From an uncultured Verrucomicrobiae bacterium (GTDB lineage: Bacteria > Verrucomicrobiota > Verrucomicrobiia > Chthoniobacterales > UBA10450): a DNA stretch of 64,000 bases. Position numbers and translations under genes: made by a program. Under the pieces are notes generated by a model. It was not told the DNA's origin. It was given only the letters and a program-made list of their open reading frames with translations, and did not search any database. Shown piece by piece: positions 57,805 through 64,000 of the stretch (positions within the stretch are counted from its first letter, which is position 1; every line of letters begins with the position of its first letter). The stretch spans positions 448,001 to 512,000 of the forward strand of contig CAVSDR010000003.1 of the NCBI GenBank assembly GCA_963726745.1. The letters are read 5' to 3'.

Positions 57805-59218
57805 ATTTCGCGGCCGCTTTGATGATCCGCAGGTCCTCGAGGAAGAGCGCATACTCGCGCGCGCGCGATTCCTCGTCCGGCTGCCGCAGAAGCGACGACG
57901 GATGCACGGTGGCAATCGTCTGCGCGGAGAACTCCGATTCAAGAATCTCCCCACGCTGTTTCGTTACCCGGAAGTTGCTGCCTAAGATCGCCTGCGCCGC
58001 GGTCGCGCCCAGGCAGACCAGCACCGCCGGCTTCACCGCGCGCAGCTCCGCCTCCATCCACGGGCGGCAGGCGGCGATCTCGCGCGAGTTCGGCTTTTGA
58101 TGGATGCGCCGCTTGCCGCGCGGCTCCCACTTGAAGTGCTTCACCGTGTTGGTCACGTAGACCAGCGAGCGATCGATCCCGGCTTCCTCCAGCGCGCGAT
58201 CAAGCAATTGCCCCGCGGGCCCGATGAACGGCTTCCCGGCGAGGTCTTCCTGGTCGCCCGGCTGTTCGCCCAGCATCATGATCGTCGCTTTTTTTGGGCC
58301 TTCGCCGAAGACGGTTTGCGTGGCGCGTTTGTAGAGGTGGCAGGCGGTGCATGCCTTCGCCGCGTCGGCTAGTTTCTCCAGGCTGGCCGTCTCCGGCACG
58401 GGTGCCGGCTGCCATTCCTCCACCGCATCCGCGGTCTTGCGCTCGCTTTTTTTTACCATCGCCTCGACCCTTCGCGGCGCTTCCTGGAGAAGTGATGGAA
58501 TCAGCACCGCCTCCGGGAGATTGCCCCAATATTTCTTCGGCATCTCCGCCTGCATTGCGTGCACTTTCACGCGACCGGGATTGAAAATGTTCGCGTAGTA
58601 GGTCAGCCAGAGGCCCTCGATCTTGTCGTCTGTCGGCGCCTGCGAACGATCGACGCCCTCGGTAAAAGTCAGCTCGCGCCCATCCCAGTGCGCGCAGCGT
58701 TCCGGGGTCAGGATCGACCAGCGCATCGAGGCAAAGCGATCCACGAAAAAGCCGGCGTTGAATTCCACGATGTGATGCGCCGGCTCGAACCAGGCGACGA
58801 ACCACTTCTCGCCGCCTTCAAGTTCCATCTCCCGGAAGCGGACAAAGGCGCGCATCTTGTGCACGTCGCGCCGGATCGCTTTCTGGAACTCAAAGGCCAG
58901 CGCGGTGTCGGGATCGACCGAAATCTCGAGCAGCTTCGGCTCGCCGTGCGTCAGCCGCCAAACCAGGCGGTAAAGCAAAGCCCAGCGGCGCTCGTCGCGA
59001 TGGAGCGCGACCACGCGCGCCAGCTCCACGAAAGCCTTCGGCACGCGGAAGCGAGTCGTTTCGCTGACCGGCTCTGCTTCTTCGAAAATATCCAGCGCCG
59101 GCTGTTCGCCAGTGAGTTCCTGCCAGACAACCTCTTCCGGCGCGATCCCCGCCTGCAAGGCGCTGCGCGCGGCGCGCTGCCAATCCGCAAACGTCGGGCG
59201 AAAACTGACCTGCCGCAC
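57803..59218 (-). CDS. DUF4130 - UdgX (family-4 uracil-DNA glycosylase-like) fusion
   Basis: N-terminal HKMRAFVRF, WLTYYANIFNP and MPKKYW; C-terminal CTAC, GEQPGDQED, HFKW...KRRIHQKP and HPS. Confidence 0.9.
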   Translation of the reverse strand: MRQVSFRPTFADWQRAARSALQAGIAPEEVVWQELTGEQPALDIFEEAEPVSETTRFRVPKAFVELARVVALHRDERRWALLYRLVWRLTHGEPKLLEISVDPDTALAFEFQKAIRRDVHKMRAFVRFREMELEGGEKWFVAWFEPAHHIVEFNAGFFVDRFASMRWSILTPERCAHWDGRELTFTEGVDRSQAPTDDKIEGLWLTYYANIFNPGRVKVHAMQAEMPKKYWGNLPEAVLIPSLLQEAPRRVEAMVKKSERKTADAVEEWQPAPVPETASLEKLADAAKACTACHLYKRATQTVFGEGPKKATIMMLGEQPGDQEDLAGKPFIGPAGQLLDRALEEAGIDRSLVYVTNTVKHFKWEPRGKRRIHQKPNSREIAACRPWMEAELRAVKPAVLVCLGATAAQAILGSNFRVTKQRGEILESEFSAQTIATVHPSSLLRQPDEESRAREYALFLEDLRIIKAAAK

Positions 59219-59222
59219 GGCG

Positions 59223-60485
59223 CTAGAGCTGGCCGTCGAGCACCGAGGCCTCGGGTTGCGCAAACAAATCCAGTTGCCGCTCCGGCGGCTTGAAGCGCGC
59301 CGGCAAATCCGTGCGATCGATGGCCAGATTGGCCGAGTTGTAATCCGCGGTAATCACGAAGGGCAGCACCTTCTTCACCGAAACGTGGAGCCGCGGGAGG
59401 TCATCGAGTCGCAGCTTGTGCCAGCGGCGCACGCGCACGATGCGCTCCACCGATTTGGTCCCGAGACCCGGGATGCGCAGGAGCATTTCTTTAGGCGCCT
59501 TGTTCAGGTCGACCGGAAATTGCGCGCGATGCCGCAAAGCCCAGGCAAGCTTCGGATCGATCGCGAGATCGAGGTTCGGCGCCGAAGGCGTCGTCAATTC
59601 TCCATGTTGAAATCCATAAAAGCGCACCAGCCAATCGGCCTGGTAAAGCCGATGCTCACGCACCAGCGGCGGCGCGATCAACGGCAGACGACTGGACGCA
59701 TCCGGAATCGGGCTGAATGCGGAGTAATAGACTCGCCGCAGCTTCTGCTTCGTGTAGAGCGAGGTCGCTTGCGCGAGGATGGCCGCATCCGGCGTGTCGG
59801 TCGCGCCCACGATCATCTGCGTGCTCTGCCCCGCAGGCGCGAAGACCGGCGCCTTGCGGCTCTCGCGCCGTTCGATCTTGGACTGCGTGATCCGGTCCTT
59901 GATCTCGAGCATGGCCGCTTCCGTGCGCGCGAAATTTTTCTGCGGCGCCAATTCCTCCAGCGCCACCTTGGTCGGCAGCTCGATGTTGATGCTGATGCGA
60001 TCGGCCCAGCGCCCCGCCTCCGCGATCAAAGCCGGCGACGCTTCCGGAATTGTCTTCAGGTGAATGTAGCCGCGAAACTGGTGCTCGGTGCGAAGAGTCC
60101 GCGCGACCGCAACCACCTGCTCCATGGTGTAATCGGCATTGCGGATAATCCCCGAGCTAAGGAAGAGCCCTTCGATGTAATTTCGCCGGTAAAAATCGAG
60201 CGTCAGCTTGACCACTTCCTCGGCGGTGAAACGCGCCCGCTGCACGTCGCTGCTGACGCGGTTGATGCAATAAAGACAGTCGTAGATGCAGAAATTAGTC
60301 AGCAGGATCTTGAGCAGGGAAACGCAGCGACCATCGGGCGTGTAGCTGTGGCAAATGCCCGAGCCGGTGGTCGAGCCGAGGCCGCCGGCAACGGTCGATT
60401 TGCGCTTGGTCGTGCCGCTGCTGGCGCACGACGCATCGTATTTTGCCGCGTCGGCGAGGATGGCGAGTTTGCTGGCTAAATCCAT
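59223..60485 (-). CDS. putative DNA modification/repair radical SAM protein with C-terminal HhH
   Basis: AKYDASC, GICHS, CIYDCLYC, GQSTQMIVGA and REHRLYQADWL motifs. Confidence 0.92.
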   Translation of the reverse strand: MDLASKLAILADAAKYDASCASSGTTKRKSTVAGGLGSTTGSGICHSYTPDGRCVSLLKILLTNFCIYDCLYCINRVSSDVQRARFTAEEVVKLTLDFYRRNYIEGLFLSSGIIRNADYTMEQVVAVARTLRTEHQFRGYIHLKTIPEASPALIAEAGRWADRISINIELPTKVALEELAPQKNFARTEAAMLEIKDRITQSKIERRESRKAPVFAPAGQSTQMIVGATDTPDAAILAQATSLYTKQKLRRVYYSAFSPIPDASSRLPLIAPPLVREHRLYQADWLVRFYGFQHGELTTPSAPNLDLAIDPKLAWALRHRAQFPVDLNKAPKEMLLRIPGLGTKSVERIVRVRRWHKLRLDDLPRLHVSVKKVLPFVITADYNSANLAIDRTDLPARFKPPERQLDLFAQPEASVLDGQL

Positions 60486-60545
60486 GAGGGCCCCGAGACG
60501 CAATACGCTGCCAACGCGCCCGAAGACGCTCACGTTCGTTTGAAC

Positions 60546-61325
60546 TTACGCCCGCGGCAAGGCCTGGCGCGCGAGAAACTCATCTGCCAGCGCGCCATAA
60601 GCCTTCGCGCCACTCCCGTTGGGCGCGTAGTCGAAGATCGATTGGGCAAAGCTCGGCGCCTCGCTCAGGCGGACCGTGCGTGGGATGACCGTCTGGTAAA
60701 CCTGCGCGCCGAAATGCTCCCGCACTTCCGCCACCACCTGCGCGCTCAGGTTCGTGCGACCGTCATACATCGTCATGAGAATGCCGCGTAATTCCACGTG
60801 ATCGTTCGCGCCGGAGTCGCGGATTTGCTGGATCACGCGCACGATTTTCACCAAGCCCTCGAGCGCGAAAAATTCGCACTGGATCGGCGTGAGCAACTCA
60901 TCCGCGGCCGCGAGCGCGTTTGTCATCAGGATGCCTAACGAGGGCGGGCAATCGAGCAGGATGTAATCGAAGGTATCGTCAGCGCGCAGTGGCTCAAGCG
61001 TGGTCCGGAGGCGCGTGAGATGATTCTCCATCCGCGCGATCTCGATCTCAGCGCCGGCCAGGTCGAGATCGGCCGGGATCAGAAAAAGGCCGTCCACGCG
61101 TGTCGGCAGGACTTTTTCCACGATCGAAGCCTCGCCCAGGAGCGGCCCGTAGAGACTCTCGCCTTCGAGTTCCTGGAGGCCGAAGGAACTGGTCGCGTTG
61201 CCTTGCGGGTCGAGATCGATCAAGAGCACGCGCTGGCCGCGAAGCGCGAGCGCGCAGCCGAGATTGACCGCGGTGGTGGTCTTCCCCACGCCGCCTTTTT
61301 GGTTCGCGATCGCGACGGTTTTCAT
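60546..61325 (-). CDS. ParA/Soj family ATPase
   Basis: NQKGGVGKTTT, DLDPQGNAT, DCPPSLG and EAPSF motifs. Confidence 0.93.
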   Translation of the reverse strand: MKTVAIANQKGGVGKTTTAVNLGCALALRGQRVLLIDLDPQGNATSSFGLQELEGESLYGPLLGEASIVEKVLPTRVDGLFLIPADLDLAGAEIEIARMENHLTRLRTTLEPLRADDTFDYILLDCPPSLGILMTNALAAADELLTPIQCEFFALEGLVKIVRVIQQIRDSGANDHVELRGILMTMYDGRTNLSAQVVAEVREHFGAQVYQTVIPRTVRLSEAPSFAQSIFDYAPNGSGAKAYGALADEFLARQALPRA

Positions 61326-63478
61326 GAGCGCGGGACGAGCAGGCTCCGCAGCTCGAAGGTGCGGTGTCCATCGGCTTCCTGCCAGCAGAGATGCTCCGGA
61401 TCGGGCAGCATCTCGGTGAGCTCGAGCTCGCCCGCTTTCTTCATCCAGCGATTGAGAATCTCGAGCGAGAGATAGCTTTCGAGGTCGAGGTAGACCGGCT
61501 TGGTGTCCTTGTCGCGACCCTCGGCGCCGCTGCGGCGGAGCGCGCCCTCGGTCGGGCGGAGGTAGACGTAGCGCGGGAGATCGCGCGCGGCGCGGAGTTT
61601 TTCCACCGCGAGGACGAGCGCGGGTGCGACGCCCTGGTAATCAGCAGCCGGCAGATCTTGCTCGCTAATGATCCAGGCCCGGCGCTGCACGATCGCCCGT
61701 CCGCAACGCAGCCGCGGCAGGTGCGGGAGGCCGCCGAAGTGGAACGGGTGAAAGCCCAACGGGATAAGCCAGGCGCGCGCGAAAGAGCCGAGGTATTCCT
61801 TGTTTCCCGCGCGCCGAAATCCGACGTCGCCCGTCGTCTCGTCGAGGAACACTTCCGTCTCCGCGGGCGCGACCTGCCGCCAACTCTTATCGGCACGCTG
61901 GTCGGCGACAAAGTAAGTGAGCTCAGGCAGCGCATCGAACAGCCGCACGGTGGTGTGCGCGGTGAAGTCGGCGGCAAAAAAGCCGTAATGCACGCTCGGC
62001 TTCCCGCCGGTAGTGCGGGCGAGCGCGGCGCGGAGCGCGGGTTTGTCCGGGCAACTCCAGTAAAGCGCGTGATGCAGGAGCGCGACCGGCGGATGGAATT
62101 CGCCCACGATCCACTCGTATTCGCCGAGCGTCACGGCCTCAAAGGAGCGCGCGGAAAGCTGCAGGTCGGCGGCCGGGTAAGTGTATTCGTCGAAGGCGGG
62201 GAACTCGAAATTCTCGCGCACGAAGGCGCAGTCTTTCGCGGTCAGATTCCACTCGGCTTCGTGCGCGTGCGCCTCCGCCATCTTGCGGAAAGCGGCTTTC
62301 ACTTCGGCAAAAGCGATCGCGGCTGGCGCGACCAAGCCGACGCCGGTGAGCGGGAGATTTTTGGCCGCGCAATGCGCGAGGAACTCCGGCAACGGCATGG
62401 CGCCGTCTTTGGCGTCCGCGGAGCGCAGCATCCCGGCGAGCGCCTGGGCCACGCGGTGCGCGACGAAGTTGTAGACGTCGCGCCAAAGGCCAAACCACGG
62501 CTCGATGTCAGCCGTGAGCTGTTCGACCATTTCGTGCGTGATGCTGAAGTTCGCCTCGCGCCGGCATTCCTCGGCGATCGGATTGGCCGCGGCGTAAAGA
62601 AAGCGGCGACCGGTGCTGAGCTTGCCGCCTAAATCATCGAGCGCGCGGCGGGCTTCGCTCATGAGCGCGGCCCGCTGCTCGAGATCGGCCGTGCCAGCGA
62701 AGTTGCTGCCTAACGACTGGAGATGCTGCGCGCGCTCATGCCAGGGCGAGTCCGGCGCCATCTCGCTGGCTAAAATCGCGAAGGCTTCCGGCTCCATCGC
62801 CGGGACCGCGAGATCGCCCGCGGCCGCGGCGAGGGTGTGCGCGGCCCAGCGCTCGAGAAAACTGATTCGCTCCGCGATCCCCGGCTGCGGCTCAAAGCGC
62901 AGGGTGTCGGCAATCGTGCCCCAGGCGGACGGCCCGAACTCGCTGTAGGTATCGTTCTTCCCGCAGACGCGCTGGAGGTAGAGATAAAGGTGACGCTCGT
63001 GCTCACGCGCGCGGGCGTTACGCGGTGGCAGCGGTTCGCCGGCCACGGGCAGGCGGTCGCGGAATTCGCCCGCGGAAAAGAGCAGATAGCCGGGCAAAAC
63101 CGTGCGGCTGGATTCCAACAAGGAAGCACGCGCGGCTTCCATTTCGCGGCTGAGCGTGCTGGCTAATTCCCGCTCGAGTCCGGCCGTTGCTTCGCGTTGG
63201 CGGATGAACTCGGCGAGCGCCCCCGGCAGGTCGGCCGTGGATTTTTCCCCGCCGCGCAGGAGCGCCCGGCAGGCGCGCGATTCCTCCGCGCTGAGACCGC
63301 TCGCGCGCGCGCCGACAAATTCCTCGGCCCGCTGCCGCGCCGCCGCGAGTTCCTTCTGCCTAACGAGCAGTGCACGCGCAAGGCGCGAGCTTTCGCTGGT
63401 GGCGAGCCGCAGAAGATGCTCGAACGGGACGCCCGTCGCCCGAATCAAAAAAGGCGAGGCAAGGGTGACGGACGACAC
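61322..63478 (-). CDS. lantibiotic dehydratase N-terminal (glutamylation) domain protein / PEARL-like
   Basis: FLIRATG.P, YLQRVCGKNDTYSEFGP, IVGEFH, HLPRL...QRRAW, LPRYVY, KPVYLDLES, EMLP and ELR motifs; no elimination domain; start codon uncertain. Confidence 0.8.
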   Translation of the reverse strand: MSSVTLASPFLIRATGVPFEHLLRLATSESSRLARALLVRQKELAAARQRAEEFVGARASGLSAEESRACRALLRGGEKSTADLPGALAEFIRQREATAGLERELASTLSREMEAARASLLESSRTVLPGYLLFSAGEFRDRLPVAGEPLPPRNARAREHERHLYLYLQRVCGKNDTYSEFGPSAWGTIADTLRFEPQPGIAERISFLERWAAHTLAAAAGDLAVPAMEPEAFAILASEMAPDSPWHERAQHLQSLGSNFAGTADLEQRAALMSEARRALDDLGGKLSTGRRFLYAAANPIAEECRREANFSITHEMVEQLTADIEPWFGLWRDVYNFVAHRVAQALAGMLRSADAKDGAMPLPEFLAHCAAKNLPLTGVGLVAPAAIAFAEVKAAFRKMAEAHAHEAEWNLTAKDCAFVRENFEFPAFDEYTYPAADLQLSARSFEAVTLGEYEWIVGEFHPPVALLHHALYWSCPDKPALRAALARTTGGKPSVHYGFFAADFTAHTTVRLFDALPELTYFVADQRADKSWRQVAPAETEVFLDETTGDVGFRRAGNKEYLGSFARAWLIPLGFHPFHFGGLPHLPRLRCGRAIVQRRAWIISEQDLPAADYQGVAPALVLAVEKLRAARDLPRYVYLRPTEGALRRSGAEGRDKDTKPVYLDLESYLSLEILNRWMKKAGELELTEMLPDPEHLCWQEADGHRTFELRSLLVPRS

Positions 63479-63535
63479 GCGTGCACGAAACGCGCAAGGT
63501 GTGCGACTGACAAGCGAAACCCCGCAGCGTGCCGG

Positions 63536-64000
63536 CTATTTCGGCGGGAGCAGGGGCAGACGGATGGTGAAAGTCGTCCCCTGGTTCGGGGCGCTGTCGA
63601 CCTTGATCGAGCCATTATGATCCTCGACCACTTTCTTGGTGATGTAGAGGCCGAGGCCGGTGCCGCTTTTGCCCTGCTTGGTGGTGAAGTAGGGCTCGAA
63701 GATTTTCGGGATTTGCGCCTCGGTCATTCCGAGGCCGGTGTCGCTCACGCGCACGTCGACGTAAAATTCCTTGCGCACGCAATGCACGGTTACGCGTCCC
63801 TGGGTGTCGCCCGCGGCCTGGATGGCGTTGATGATCACGTTCTGGATGGCGCGTTTAATCTGGAGCGATTCGCCCATCAGGGTGCCGGCGTCCTCGCAAA
63901 TCTCGGTCTCCAGCTCGACGCCATTCTGCGTGGCGATGGGAGCGGCGCCTTTCACGATCTCCTGCACGATCGCGGAGATGGCGATCGGCTGGTGCGGGGC
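63536..64000 (-). CDS. sensor histidine kinase, C-terminal HATPase part (5' end off the window)
   Basis: NVIINAIQA, DTGLG, FTTK and GTGLGL motifs. Confidence 0.9.
   Translation of the reverse strand, partial: APHQPIAISAIVQEIVKGAAPIATQNGVELETEICEDAGTLMGESLQIKRAIQNVIINAIQAAGDTQGRVTVHCVRKEFYVDVRVSDTGLGMTEAQIPKIFEPYFTTKQGKSGTGLGLYITKKVVEDHNGSIKVDSAPNQGTTFTIRLPLLPPK

Larger units (their letters stand above)
3236..63168. repeat. dispersed 8-mer GGCTAAWT/AWTTAGCC
   Basis: Copies at 3236, 12476, 15875, 28139, 28588, 29966, 31636, 35487, 38820, 40060, 40315, 46212, 46766, 49529, 52707, 53886, 54360, 60474, 63161 (manual count). Confidence 0.8.
867..63367. repeat. dispersed 10-mer GCCTAACGAG/CTCGTTAGGC
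   Basis: Exact copies start at 867, 7110, 15005, 16646, 17935, 23491, 24117, 25768, 27872, 36552, 37329, 40690, 43092, 44544, 49279, 50007, 52311, 52968, 60933, 63358; 19 further one-mismatch copies (manual count). Confidence 0.95.

Noticed and set aside
60546..61325. ParA as a sign of plasmid origin or oriC proximity
   Set aside because: No parB, parS palindrome, rep or dnaA in the window; the surrounding genes and tRNAs are chromosomal.
867..63367. The 10-mer as CRISPR repeat, REP element or IS end
   Set aside because: Copies are isolated, irregularly spaced, mostly intragenic and non-palindromic, with no shared flanks, spacers, cas genes or transposase.
1..64000. Frequent CTCGAG, GCGCGC and CGATCG palindromes (HIP1-like?)
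   Set aside because: Plausibly explained by high GC and common codon pairs (CTC-GAG, GCG-CGC, GCG-ATC-G); I could not show enrichment without computation.

Overview
A GC-rich (about two-thirds GC, estimated by eye), gene-dense bacterial chromosome segment. It is probably Verrucomicrobiota/Chthoniobacterales-like; this is inferred from secreted proteins ending in a dockerin-type domain or an 'NISTRG' domain. It carries about 65 CDS (housekeeping genes deoC, nadC, birA, trpD, guaD, infA and a ParA-family ATPase, plus stress and transport genes) and three tRNAs (His-GUG, Lys-UUU, Ala-CGC). I see no integrase, IS element or CRISPR array. At least eight genes have single-base frameshifts that look like long-read errors. 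Main discoveries: (1) An asymmetric 10-mer, GCCTAACGAG/CTCGTTAGGC, is dispersed through the whole window. I counted 20 exact and 19 one-mismatch copies by hand; the exact copies split 10:10 by strand. It sits inside CDS in several frames and supplies many stop codons, like a DNA-uptake-sequence-type signal. A second CTAA-containing motif, GGCTAAWT, is also enriched. (2) A peptide-export locus at 28.6-35.8 kb has three tandem double-glycine-leader peptides (one missed by the ORF track), a C39-peptidase ABC exporter with two cNMP-binding domains, HlyD, a SurA/PpiC-like protein and a sensor-less sigma54 activator. A glycosyltransferase-like gene and a ChbG/HpnK deacetylase converge on it. (3) An orphan LanB-N/PEARL-like gene lies at 61.3-63.5 kb. 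(4) Two sigma54-like promoters sit immediately upstream of unannotated small ORFs.
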